From the NCBI RefSeq assembly GCF_964355755.1, contig NC_092678.1, positions 5,038,422 through 5,102,421 of the forward strand: a stretch of DNA of 64,000 nt, given 5' to 3'. Within the stretch, counting starts at the first letter, position 1. Each line of letters starts with the position of its first letter. The notes beneath the pieces are model-generated. The model saw only the letters and a program-made list of their open reading frames with translations. It did no database searches and was not told the origin of the DNA. The position numbers and the translations under genes are program-made. Origin of the DNA: Antedon mediterranea (lineage: Eukaryota > Animalia > Echinodermata). This document shows positions 1 through 12,088 of the stretch, one piece after another.

Positions 1-340
1 TAAAAACAAGCAATGATGCTGTAGCAAACAACTGGAGGAGGTACTTGTGCTGAATAAGTTCTGTTTTACTAACATTTGTTTTTTTTATGTACAGAGGTTT
101 AGATTTTACATGACAACAAATGTGATGTGCCCATATGGACATGATGATGTCAAATCACTACCGTATTTGGGCATATCACCTTTTTTTTTATCAAACTAGT
201 TTGATCGTGTAGACAGAGCTTTAGAAATTGTTATGTACACTCTCAGAAATGTGCTACTGTGTATATAAATTGAAGGATTTATATCAAGTCAGGTTCTGCA
301 CATTTTTTGGGATGACATCATTCGACCTTCATGAACTCAC

Positions 341-434
341 CTTTGGAAAAATTTTGCCTTGGATTGTTACAATCGCGTTGCATATGGCCTTGCTTTCCGC
401 AACTATAACACTTGTTTCCTCTGCTACCATTCAT
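341..434 (-). CDS. First coding exon of a CCHC zinc-knuckle protein, CNBP-like (gene continues beyond the left edge)
   Basis: Not in the ORF track. Minus-strand exon 468-341 is bounded by ttttcag| and G|GTGAGT and translates MNGSRGNKCYSCGKQGHMQRDCNNPRQNFSK (C-X2-C-X4-H-X4-C a few residues after Met, as in CNBP). Downstream exons not resolved. Confidence 0.55.
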
Positions 435-2318
435 TCTGAATCATTAACACCTCTACAGCACACACTCCCTGAAAAAAGGACACGTCTGAATTGCATGACA
501 TTTCATAGAATAGGAAATTTAAAATTAGTAATAGTGTCCATACATTTTATAGTAAAGTAGCGTTATTGGCGCTACTGCAGTTTCGCACCTAAATAAAACT
601 GGGATCCAACACTGGGCATAATAAGACTTACAGTCACTCACAATCACCGACATGCAGCAGGTAAAATGTTTTAAAATTGGATAAGCTCGAGAGATTGTGG
701 TGCGAAAGTGCACTGTATCACCACATTATTATTGCGGCTCCAGGATTTTTAAATATGGGGAAGGGGTTGGGGAAAAGAACGTATGACGCGCATTAATATA
801 ATTAAGTGTTGGAGAATTAAATGTGCTGAATGTCTTTTGCATTGTAAATTTGTGTGGGGTGGGGTGGGGGAGGCTGAATTTATCAGCCTACTAATAATAA
901 TAGTACTAAAATACTTAAATAATTCCTAATAATTAATATAATACCAGCCAGGCCTTTTAGTTAGTAAGCTAGCTTCCATCTAAAACAAACTTTATTATTT
1001 ATTATTAAATGTGTGTGTATTATTTTTAGGCCTGCCCACCCTTTATTAGGCTTTAAACTTTCGCAATGTACAAGCATATGGTTGCTAAAGGCAGGCCAAG
1101 CATGGCCACAGCATCGGTAGTTCCACCACACGCCTAGTAGTAGTAGCACACTGTGTGTAAATCACTATCGTCAATCATGAAGAATTTGTTAACGACAGCC
1201 TAAACTAGTAGCTATAAAATGAATCATTGCGACTCGCAGATAATCATTTCGAAAATAAAATTAGTACTATAAACATTACTGATATGATATGAAATCCATG
1301 TTACTAAATATATAATAGAAACTGACCTCTATCCCCTGTTTTTTTGGGTGGATTTGACTTGAATTCTCAGCTTTCTAACAGACTTAACAGAAAAACTGAC
1401 GCGCTCTATTGGCACGTGTTATCCACACGGCACTCTATAAACATATTTTTGCACACGGTTCCTCTGTTTTAGAGTTGGGGTAATAATTATCAAAAACTTG
1501 CATTTTATATCTTTAAAATACCATTTTGCTGTATGGACATCTATAATTAAACTCACTTGCAGAGAACACATCATGCTGAATGAGAAAGTATCTCCGTATC
1601 GATGCAAAACATCGTGGAAACGTAAACATCTCTGCTCACGACACTAAACAAGAAATAATTGACTGACACTTTATAGATGAGTGGGCGTGGCTACACTTAC
1701 TACAATGTTTACATTTTTGTGGAAGAATTCGCGCGCTTTTGATGATTAATATTTTGAGTTTTCATTTATAATACCGTATCGAAACAAGTATATTACAAAG
1801 AATATGTAAACATTTATTTTATAATGAAACTAAAATACACTCAATTCAATCTTTATTTACAACATAAAAGTATTAACAAATAAATACTATTTATTTTTTT
1901 AATTTTAAGCATAAAATTAATTCTTTAAAAATAATTGAAAATTTACACTAATATTCTATCTAGGCTAGCACTTCTAATGGCAGCACAAAAAAAACCAATC
2001 AATATACAAAGACAGCCTTCAGTTAATTTACTTATTATAAAATAAGTTACTATTAAATAAATATTTATTTTTAATAAACTTAATACTGCTTTAATATTGC
2101 ACACTGAGAGCATTTGCATTAGAATTGTAAAAAAGAAAAAAATCTTTTCCTCCTTTCTTGACTATGTCCGACCAAAATCACCTTCTTCATCAAAACAGTC
2201 ACCAAAATCTATTGTGGTAATAAAAGGAACACTCTTTAAAAAAATGTACAATGATGAAGGAGATATATCAGATGATGCCAAATTGATTGATATTTAGGGA
2301 GGAGTTGGGTGGATTATA

Positions 2319-4112
2319 TTAAAACATACCATTAAAAAAATCCATATGCACATGGTGTACAGGCCATTTTAAATCTTGAGAGCGCTGCGAAGATAAACTA
2401 TTAGTTGAGTCATCTTTTCTCATCTGACAAGCGCCCCCAACCGTTGATAAACTACCTCTGACACTTCTGTTTTTGTGACTCCTTTCCAATTTGTAATCAT
2501 CAGCACCCCAAGAGGACACAATAAAACATTCATTAGACGTGGCAGCATGATCACCCTCTCTGGAGGACAAACTCTCCACAAGCTGGACATCTCGCTGCAG
2601 CATAACACCAGTCATGAGGTCATTCTGAAGTGATGACCCACTCTCCTGGGATTTGCCACTGAAGACAATATTCGCAAAAGGACCACTGTTGGCACCTAAA
2701 AGAGGGACACTATTTACATCCAAAAGAGGAAGTTTGTCAAAAGACATCTGATGGTGAACTGCCTTTACAGGCTGCAGATCAACCTCATCAAGAGGGAAGT
2801 AATCTGATTCATAACTGTAAGCAGAATCTCCATCACTTTCTGACTCCTCATCATCAGTAGGTCTAGTGTTTCTAAGTGGAAGAACTAATTGATGGCTGTT
2901 CTGTAGATATGCAGGTTCTGTGTAATCTTGGTTAGAAATGGCAATTGAAGTACTGGTATTGTCATCTAGGGCAGTAAGTCTTGTACTGGGATCACATTCT
3001 TCCATCATACATCCATTTGCTTCTGGAGAACTGGTTATTGTGACATCTCTTCCAACTGGGTTAAACCCATCTGCATTTGCTGCTGAAGAAACACTCTCGT
3101 TCTCTCTAGAAGCACCCAAGTCAATATTGATGTCAGAGTTCTGGTGGATCACCATGTTTTCCAAGGGTTTGCAGACTTCTGGGCTTTCTTGAGATTTTTC
3201 TTCTCTGTCACAAGCTTCTTGTTTATCTGTTTCTTTTTCTAAAGTCATCAGACCTACCTGCTTATTCTCTTTGGAATCAACCTCATTTTGGCAAGTAGAT
3301 TTATCAGTTGAATCTTTTTCTAAATTTGTTTGCTCAAACAAAATGTCATCTTCATCTTTCTGTTCATTTTTTACAGATATTTTATCTTCATAGTTTGTAA
3401 TGATGTTTTTAGAACGAGAATCCATCTTATTATCTTCTAAAGAATGAAAAAATCGAGGATCAAATTCATGTTTAGGCAGGACATAGTCTAACTTCTCTAA
3501 ATCTTCTGTTTTAGTGGATCCTTTGTAACTCAAGCTTGCAAGATCATCATTTCTGTGTGATGATGGGGACGAACAGCTTAACGGCGTATTTTCTAACAAT
3601 TCCGAATCAAGTTGTAGCTCTATAGTTATGAATCGATCTTCAAATGAACGAGGCCGAGATTCAAATGTTGAATATCTAAAAATTTGCAGATGACCTTGAC
3701 TTGCAAACTGTCTTGTCTGTTTATGAGGGGTTAAACTTGAAGGTGTGGGAATCCAAGGTGTACTATCATGAAGAGTCCGACTGGCCCAACTGTTCTCTCT
3801 ATCGATAATTTTATTGGAATCCTTTTGACTTGAATTCAAACTTTGCACACTACCACTATCATTCCTTGGCCTAGTAGCGGTACTGTAGGGCCTACCACCA
3901 GCGACAGGGTCGACCGCCGACGATGCTACTGTTGCTGCTCTTGTTCCTCCTCCTCGGATCTTACGTCTTGGACAGTCCTCCTTTTGACGTGAGAGACAAA
4001 CAACAGAGGGCTCGAGTTGTTGCCTAGTTACAGTACCTGAAAAGTTCTGTATTTTATTACAAGGTTTTACATTTATCAATTTACTTTTGTTACTGCTAAC
4101 TGAACATCCCAT
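2319..4112 (-). CDS. Uncharacterised single-ORF protein (~597 aa), Ser/acidic-rich, probably disordered, MGC N-terminus (myristoylation/palmitoylation-type)
   Basis: 1.8-kb open frame in AT-rich DNA. First ATG at 4112 gives MGCSVSSNKSK; the ORF-track start at 4205 is a TTG. No domain recognised. Confidence 0.65.
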   Translation of the reverse strand: MGCSVSSNKSKLINVKPCNKIQNFSGTVTRQQLEPSVVCLSRQKEDCPRRKIRGGGTRAATVASSAVDPVAGGRPYSTATRPRNDSGSVQSLNSSQKDSNKIIDRENSWASRTLHDSTPWIPTPSSLTPHKQTRQFASQGHLQIFRYSTFESRPRSFEDRFITIELQLDSELLENTPLSCSSPSSHRNDDLASLSYKGSTKTEDLEKLDYVLPKHEFDPRFFHSLEDNKMDSRSKNIITNYEDKISVKNEQKDEDDILFEQTNLEKDSTDKSTCQNEVDSKENKQVGLMTLEKETDKQEACDREEKSQESPEVCKPLENMVIHQNSDINIDLGASRENESVSSAANADGFNPVGRDVTITSSPEANGCMMEECDPSTRLTALDDNTSTSIAISNQDYTEPAYLQNSHQLVLPLRNTRPTDDEESESDGDSAYSYESDYFPLDEVDLQPVKAVHHQMSFDKLPLLDVNSVPLLGANSGPFANIVFSGKSQESGSSLQNDLMTGVMLQRDVQLVESLSSREGDHAATSNECFIVSSWGADDYKLERSHKNRSVRGSLSTVGGACQMRKDDSTNSLSSQRSQDLKWPVHHVHMDFFNGMF

Positions 4113-6086
4113 CACAAAAATTATGAAAACGGTTGTTGGAACACACGACGCGTCGACGACGAGAGCGCGCGACGAAGACAAAGAGGAGAACGTGTGCGGC
4201 AGCAACGCACCTACCTCTGTACACGCACACGCAGTACAGCCGCGTTTAACATTGCTAGGATACCAACGTGCATGGATTACCCAAAAAGAGGGCGCTCAAC
4301 TAGTTTTACTTAATATCATAAATTCGTGTTTTTTTTATTACTTACAATTTTAAGGCACTCTCTTTGAACGGAAAAAATATTAAAAAAGTATTATAAAAAA
4401 GCTATTTTCAAATAAATATAAATTTGATTAATATTTTCACTCAAAAAATTCAACTAAGACAAGTAAACAAATATAATACGGTTAATAAGTGTTGAGTTTT
4501 GATTAATAAAACTTGGTTTCTGAAAAGAAAAAAAAAGGGTATAATAATACAATAAATCAATAAATAATCAGATAATATTACAAGTACGAAGGCGAATTCA
4601 ATACCATCCAGGCCTCAACCACTTTCCTGGGAATTATGCAAAGTACAGTTACCTAGCAACAAGCGTACACAACACCTCTTAAAACTCATAATAGAAAACA
4701 GCGTTCTATTGTTTGAGCGAGGCTATGCACGATCAGTCAATCGGTAGACACAGTTATAGAGAGTTTATAGTGGTCAGCATTTTGTATTTAGTGCCGAGTT
4801 GGGTCCTTACTTGATTTCATATACAGTTAAGTAAGATGATTGTATGGGTGCAATCACATTTCAGCAAGCTGACGTAAATTAACGATTATCACGTCACGTG
4901 CGTAATAATTTAAAACAGGTTAGTTGGATATTGATTCCTAGATATATTTGCTTTATTTGAACATTTTCACTATTGTATTTTAATATAGGCCTGTTATTTA
5001 GAGACTAAAATTATGTATTCTGTAGTACGTCTTTACACAAACCAGCAAACAAAGTGAGACCGGGTGCTGCTGCTATACCATATATCTTGTATCCATGGCA
5101 ACACAACGTTATAAACACGTGGCCGGCAACTTGTCATACAATATAAGGATTATATAATATAGTAATTATTATATTGAAAAAGTGTAAAATAATCAATCGA
5201 TTACGCACACCTCAGGACCCTCCTATGTGTAGAAAATACTTTAAAAAAGTGTCCATGAGGATAAAATCATTTGACACCCGGATCCTTCCTAATTCGTTGG
5301 TAACAAATAAAGGGTAATTAATGGATTATACCTGTATATGTTTGTTTATCATCAAACAAATTGCAACAGTGATAAAGGTTATGTTCAGACTTTAAACACA
5401 ATTACACGTGTAACCTATTACTCTTGGGACTAACCAGATTGTCCAGACAATTACCATGTACAGTACTGTGATTTATCTGATATATTGAACATAAAGAGGC
5501 AAAACCTTTGACCTTTGTTGGGTTTAACTGATAAATTTGGACACTTTATATCTAAACAAACACTATTAAAATATACAGTAAAATCAAGGGAGTACTTTCA
5601 CAAAAATGTGTCCAAGATATAACTACCAAATCTGTACACGATCTGCCTCATAGAACACAAGTTCTTATTGACTCTAAACTGTGTCAATAATTACCAAACT
5701 CTCCAAGTTTCTCCAATACTGACATCCAATACTGGGTGGTTTATCAACAAACATTTTTGTTATGGTTACCGTTACTCTCGTTTCCATAGCAACTAAACTT
5801 GATAGGGATATTACTAGGCTGCATGGCAAAGGTTAGTGTCAATTTTCACATTCTACTCTGGACTAGCATTTTGACAGTACTGTACTTGCGTATCACAAAT
5901 TATTTTATTGCAGTATACATATTGGTAAGTGACTTATAAGCACAAATGTATTGTTAGCCCATTTTAGTACTCTCTTATGAATGACACAACATTTTGTAAT
6001 GTCATTTAATGTATTTGCACTCTATGGGCATTACATCAAAAGTAAAAGAAATTTAATATTTGATTTTTTGTTTTATTCCAGAAAGA

Positions 6087-7097
6087 ATGACCGATACAGC
6101 ACCTGCTGCCAATGATAACAACAATGTGGATGCTAATAAGTCAAAGGAGGAAGATGTCAAGAACAATGGTGTAGAAGAAGAGAAGGTAGACAACTCAGAG
6201 ATGAAAGAAGATGTACAAAAAATTGATGAAGACAATACAAATACAGCTGATGAGAAAAATGAAGAAAATGCTGAAAACAAAGAAAATATTGAAAAAAATG
6301 AAGCCAAAGATCAAAAGTTAGAAAATGTTGAGGAAATGAAAAGTGTTGATAATGATAAAGTTGATGAACACAATGTGGAAAATGAGGGGAAATCTGAGAA
6401 AGAAGAGGATGAAAAAATGAACAAAAGTGAAAACATTGAGACAGATGAATCTCAGGTACAAAATACAAACGAAAAAGAGAATATTGATGAAATGGATGTT
6501 GATGAATTAAAAGTAAAATTAAATGAATACAGATTAAAATGTGATACTCTACAAAATGAACTAGATACGTCTCATGATAAAAAAACAGAGCTTCAACAAA
6601 AAGTTAATAAATTGAGTGAAAGCAGAAAGAAGAGCGAAGAATCCATGAGCGGTACAGAAGCACGCGAGAAAGCCAAGCAGCACGACGGTCTCGCATTCCA
6701 AGCTGATTATCTAGCGCGAGAACTATCTCAACAACAAAATACCGAAGCATTCCTTCGAGAAAAACTCACAGAAACTCTTGAAGAAAAGGAGGAACTGGAA
6801 AGAAAAAACAAAGATTTGCAGTTGAGGTTAAAGAGGTTTACCAAAGACGACCAGGCCAAAGATGAAAGGATAGCAAGAATGGAACAAGAACTTCAAGACA
6901 TCAACACGGAGGTACAAGAAATGGAAAAACTTGTTGATCAATCATCATTATTAAAAATTCACGAGATGCGTCAACGGCGACGTTCAAGCGCGCCAAATGG
7001 CGACACTCTGCCGCAGCCAAGTACGCAGCCACCGCAAACGTCGGTTAACAGACAGCAGACATCTGCAACGACGTCAAAAACATGCATTATATTATAA
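6087..7097 (+). CDS. Uncharacterised acidic/coiled-coil protein (336 aa) with C-terminal CaaX (CIIL)
   Basis: Acceptor ttttattccag| at 6081, ATG at 6087. E/N/K-rich N-terminus, heptad-like middle, ends KTCIIL-stop; ATTAAA signals follow. Confidence 0.75.
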   Translation: MTDTAPAANDNNNVDANKSKEEDVKNNGVEEEKVDNSEMKEDVQKIDEDNTNTADEKNEENAENKENIEKNEAKDQKLENVEEMKSVDNDKVDEHNVENEGKSEKEEDEKMNKSENIETDESQVQNTNEKENIDEMDVDELKVKLNEYRLKCDTLQNELDTSHDKKTELQQKVNKLSESRKKSEESMSGTEAREKAKQHDGLAFQADYLARELSQQQNTEAFLREKLTETLEEKEELERKNKDLQLRLKRFTKDDQAKDERIARMEQELQDINTEVQEMEKLVDQSSLLKIHEMRQRRRSSAPNGDTLPQPSTQPPQTSVNRQQTSATTSKTCIIL

Positions 7098-7847
7098 TTA
7101 TGTCATCCATTATTAAACATTATTTATTAAAGAATTTTAACGAGGGAATAACTCTGAACAAATTAATTATGTACATCATCAAATTACCACAAATCAATTG
7201 TATACACGCATGACCGCATTCAGGAGTCTATAGATAACTCTGGCATGAACCCTATGTATGAAGATGCAGTACATAATTGCTATTCTAGAATACCTCCAAT
7301 TAAAAATCAATTAGTATCTTACTAGACTATTTGCATACAAGTGGTCTTTTTAATGAGGGTTAGTTATAGCTATATAACCCATTATTACTTGTGTGCTATT
7401 AATAACAGGCTGCTTGTAAAATATTATACAGTATATATATTCTATATTTAATTTTTAGTTTACTTTATGAACAATATTTTATAAAAGATTAAAATGTGTT
7501 CAACCATACTTGTATTATGCTTGTATTGGAGGCTAAGCTTTAACTACTTTTGATAAATAAAACTAAATATTGAAAACCTACAGAAAATAAAGATCAAATT
7601 ACAGTATTAGTTAAAAAATATGTTTATTTATTAATTTTCACACATTTTGGGTTGAATTCTGGTGTTGTACAGGGAGCCTGTCATGGGGTTTGACCTCTAT
7701 CGGTGTCACAAGATAGCTATTTCTCTGACCAATAATTAAATTAGTCATCTAGATTCCATTATTTAAAACCATTGGTAATGCTTGCAAAGATTACGATCTG
7801 CTGGAATACTTCTTTCTTTCCTCATAATATGTAAGTTTAAGGCTCTT

Positions 7848-10800
7848 TCATCCCTCGCTCAAATGCTTTCGCTTCTTAGCTGTATTCATGTGAGGACGGG
7901 CAACCCATTCAATTTCTGCTGCCTTTCCTTGTTCTAGGGTTCCAGAGCGAATTTCATATACTGCAAGATCAAAGAAAGTTTGATGAGAACATAGATACAA
8001 AACGTAAATAGTGGATATTGTAGTTGGATTGAATACTTAATACTAAACTAAAACAGTACCTAATAAGGTCTTACCATAGTTCTGCCATAATTATGGCAAA
8101 CATAACAGACCCAAACAACTACAGCCGAACCCTTACCAGCTATGGCAGAACCTGTAGCAGCTATAGCAGAGCCTGTAGCAACTATGGCAGAACCCGTAGC
8201 AGCTATGGCAGAACCTGTAGCAGCTATGGCAGAACCCGTAGCAGCTATGGCAGAACCCGTAACAGCTATGGCAGAACCAGTAGCAGCTATGGCAGAACCC
8301 GTAGCAGCTATGGCAGAACCAGTAGCAGCTATGGCAGAACCTGTAGCAACTATGGCAGAACCCAACAGATTGTTCTCATCATGCAAGAAAAGTTAACAAT
8401 ATGTCATGGTTTGTTTGGTAGGTACAGAATAGAGTTATATAAGATTAAGCTTACATTTCATTTCAAACCTCGGTCCCACTTCGTGCAAATCAATGTTTTT
8501 GTGGTCAATTTTCTTATACACATGGTGTCTGCAAGAACAATCAATATGATATACAATAATACATATAAACTTAACAGATAAAGAGTAATGTCTAGTATTA
8601 TTGTAGCTCTTCACTAAATAATAACAATAATAACTTAAACCCAGGTTCTCAATTTCAGCTACAAAATCGATGAAACACAGAATTCCAATAGAAAATGCTT
8701 TTATTAATTATAACACAACTGCTTACTTTTAAAACTCAATACTAACTACACAGATCTGACTCATCTATCCAATTTCACAGTATTCCTAGATAACACAGGC
8801 TATAAAACTTTCTTATTCCCCACCACAAAACCCACAAAATGGACCAGTTGTTATGGAAACCTAGATAAAGGAGGTACAGTCTTAATTAATTCAGAGATTG
8901 GAATGTGTAAAATCAAACTAAGATATGATCATTGAGGATATACAAGCTACTAAGTAAATATGAACTTAAATACAATAAGATAATAATACTGCTTTTAGAG
9001 TATCGCTACATTATAAATTACAGAATAACTTTTCTTACCTGTACGATATGTATAACTTTTCTTACCTGTACGATATGTATAACTTAGCTTACCTGTACGA
9101 TATGTATAACTTAGCTTACCTATACGATATGTATAACTTTTCTTACCTGTACGATATGTATAACTTAGCTTACCTGTACGATATGTATAACTTAGCTTAC
9201 CTGTACGATATGTATAACTTTTCTTACCTGTACGATATGTATAACTTAGCTTACCTGTACGATATGTATAACTTAGCTTACCTGTACGATATGTATAACT
9301 TTTCTTACCTGTACGATATGTATAACTTAGCTTACCTGTACGATATGTATAACTTAGCTTACCTGTACGATATGTATAACTTAGCTTACCTGTACGATAT
9401 GTATAACTTAGCTTACCTGTACGATATGTATAACTTAGCTTACCTGTACGATATGTATAACTTAGCTTACCTGTACGATATGTATAACTTAGCTTACCTG
9501 TACGATATGTATAGCTTTTCTTACCTGTACGATATGTATAACTTAGCTTACCTGTACGATATGTATAACTTAGCTTACCTGTACGATATGTATAACTTAG
9601 CTTACCTGTACGATATGTATAACTTAGCTTACCTGTACGATATGTATAACTTAGCTTACCTGTACGATATGTATAACTTAGCTTACCTGTACGATATGTA
9701 TAACTTAGCTTACCTGTACGATATGTATAACTTAGCTTACCTGTACGATATGTATAACTTAGCTTACCTGTACGATATGTATAACTTAGCTTACCTGTAC
9801 GATATGTATAGCTTTTCTTACCTGTACGATATGTATAACTTAGCTTACCTGTACGATATGTATAACTTAGCTTACCTGTACGATATGTATAACTTAGCTT
9901 ACCTGTACGATATGTATAACTTAGCTTACCTGTACGATATGTATAACTTAGCTTACCTGTACGATATGTAGTCAGAATCATTGGCAAATGTCATCACTCT
10001 TTTACTTTCTTCTTTAGGAACCGGAAACAAATACTTTAGAATATTCTGAACCTAAATAAATTAAAAACTATCAGTTACATATGTAAAACATTTAACAATT
10101 TAATTATTTAAACAATTTAGTTACTGACAAACAAGATTACTTTTGAAAAATCATTACTATTACATAACAATTCTTGCAAAGAAGTCAGAATTTTAAAGGC
10201 TTATAATAGTAAACTAGATGTGCCAAAATCATTTAAACTTACCCTTTCACCTAGCTTGGATTTAAAGTTATTGAATATAAGATGAGGATAGGCCTCTGAC
10301 ATAGTGCCTACATTTGGTATGTCGTGCCTCATAACCACGTTGGACAAATTGAAAAATGCGGTTGGGCCGTACGGTAAGTGACATATTTGGAGACCATCTG
10401 AAATTAAATATATTATTATTTTTTTTTTTAAAGTTTGAGATGATAATATAAAGTCTGGTACTGAAGGCTCATATACACTGCATCAGTGTTTGTGTATCGT
10501 GTAAGCGGTGTGTAAGGGCTTATGGAAAATAATGAATATACATGAGATGTCTTACCTGGTACACCTCGGTGTTCATGAACGATCATAAGGTCAGTGACCT
10601 CATTAGCCCGACACGCATTCACAAGTTGACCAATCTCATAGTTTCCTCTGTTCAACCTCTGAGAATTTGGAAATATTAACTTCAACTCCTGTAAATGAAA
10701 ATAGTTTATAATAAATTATAACAGAACATTAGGAAATAATAAAATAACTTATACAATGTATGTATAACTAACATGTATGTTGAAAGACTAGTCTGGAAAA

Positions 10801-11801
10801 TCTAAAATCTACTACTTCTGGAATACAGAATGGCATTAAGTATGAGATACATACCTTTACAAACTGCTTAAGCTTTGAGCTTGGGTCCCTGGATGTTGTC
10901 AACATTATTTTGGGGTCCTCTACCCCTGCCCAGCGGTACTCATCATCTATATGATTCAGATCTATAATAAAACAAAATGGTATCAAATTTAGAACTGTTT
11001 TAAACTGTCGGTTATATTTTAAACTGTCAGTCTTTTGCAAATTTGACAAAAAAGTAGATTTTCCGTACCAGAGGCTCCTTCATCATCAAAATCCAAGGCT
11101 TTTTTCAAACTGAGAGCATCTTTTTGTAATTCTGTAGGAATTTGTTTATTTTCTGAAAAAAAAAAAGAATGAATGTTAATAACTTTCAGATTAAAATATT
11201 TAAAACAATTACAAATTATCATTTTGATAATTAAGTAAATGGTACCATCAAGTGCTTCCTTGATCTTGCGTTTTCTTTCACTGATGACACGGCTCTGTTC
11301 TTCTTGATTTTTACGATATAAATACTCTCTTCTTAGCCTGGCCTGTCGTCGCAACTGAAAGATAATAATTCAGGTCTAGAAAAAGTGACACATAAATAAA
11401 AATTTGTTATCAAAAATCTATCAATTTAAATAAATAATGTTTTAAAAAGTATTACTATTATTCTATTATTAGTATTAAATAAACATTTTTCGACTTAACA
11501 ATAAAGCATGCTAATTAACAAGTACATCATTTTATATCCAAAAACCCTATCAGGCGATACCGTGGCCCGCCGGGCACTACCGGGCGTAGATTTAGTATGA
11601 CCGTCTACCACTGCTACTACTACACTACTAGGCCTAGGCCCAGGCTTAGATTATATTTATACTGTACTGTATATATCCCGGGCCTAGCTAGTTAGGGCTA
11701 GCTAGGAATAGGCCTAGCCTAGGCCCCCTAGGTAATTTTAGAACGTTTATTACTCAAAATATTTTCGGCATAAGAAGCAAGTGTAAACATATACCAACCA
11801 T
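7848..11801 (-). CDS. IMP4: U3 snoRNP protein IMP4 (Brix domain), 9 coding exons
   Basis: Exons 11801-11799 (ATG only), 11354-11246, 11152-11069, 10961-10855, 10688-10556, 10397-10243, 10051-9957, 8528-8455, 7960-7848, all GT-AG. Peptides [73 protein letters not shown] match IMP4. Confidence 0.93.
8120..8362. repeat. 21-bp minisatellite (GGCAGAACCYGTAGCAGCTAT), about 11 copies, in the last IMP4 intron
   Basis: Directly visible; produces the spurious [14 protein letters not shown] ORFs. Confidence 0.92.
9025..9970. repeat. 27-bp minisatellite, about 35 copies, made from the IMP4 exon 7 end plus its 5' splice site
   Basis: Plus-strand unit TAACTTAGCTTACCTGTACGATATGTA; minus strand TACATATCGTACAG|GTAAGCTAAGTTA. 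The rightmost copy is the real exon junction at 9957/9956. Confidence 0.95.
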
Positions 11802-12088
11802 GATTTTGAACTCGTAAAAATATTTGCAAATCAATGTATTTCGTGTCTAAAGTAAACAACAAAAGTAACAACATGTGTTAAGTCTCGTTTATTCCCTGTC
11901 TATTGACGACGTTTCCTATTGGTTCTATCGCTAACCTCTTCAAAAATTAGCCAATGAAAATTGTCGTTGCAGATTAATTTGATGAGTACATAAAACAAAA
12001 TGGAGACCAGTTACTCGACGTTCGTTTAACGTCGTCCGCTTCTAAATACATTTTCTTTGAAAATTAGTTGACTGTTTATTAAACAAAG
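11802..12088. promoter_or_regulatory. Bidirectional promoter region shared by IMP4 and ISY1
   Basis: Divergent ATGs only 287 bp apart; opposed CCAAT boxes (ATTGG near 11918, CCAAT near 11951). Confidence 0.65.

Noticed and set aside
1-49. Next exon of the zinc-knuckle gene (AQVPPPVVCYS...)
   Set aside because: Acceptor and phase fit, but the knuckle pattern does not continue and no donor is visible before the window edge.
8060-8581. MAEPVAA / ATGSAIA repeat ORFs (antifreeze- or mucin-like)
   Set aside because: Intronic 21-bp minisatellite open in several frames, with no gene context.
8995-9987. 330-aa and 307-aa repetitive ORFs
   Set aside because: By-products of a stop-free 27-bp minisatellite in an IMP4 intron.
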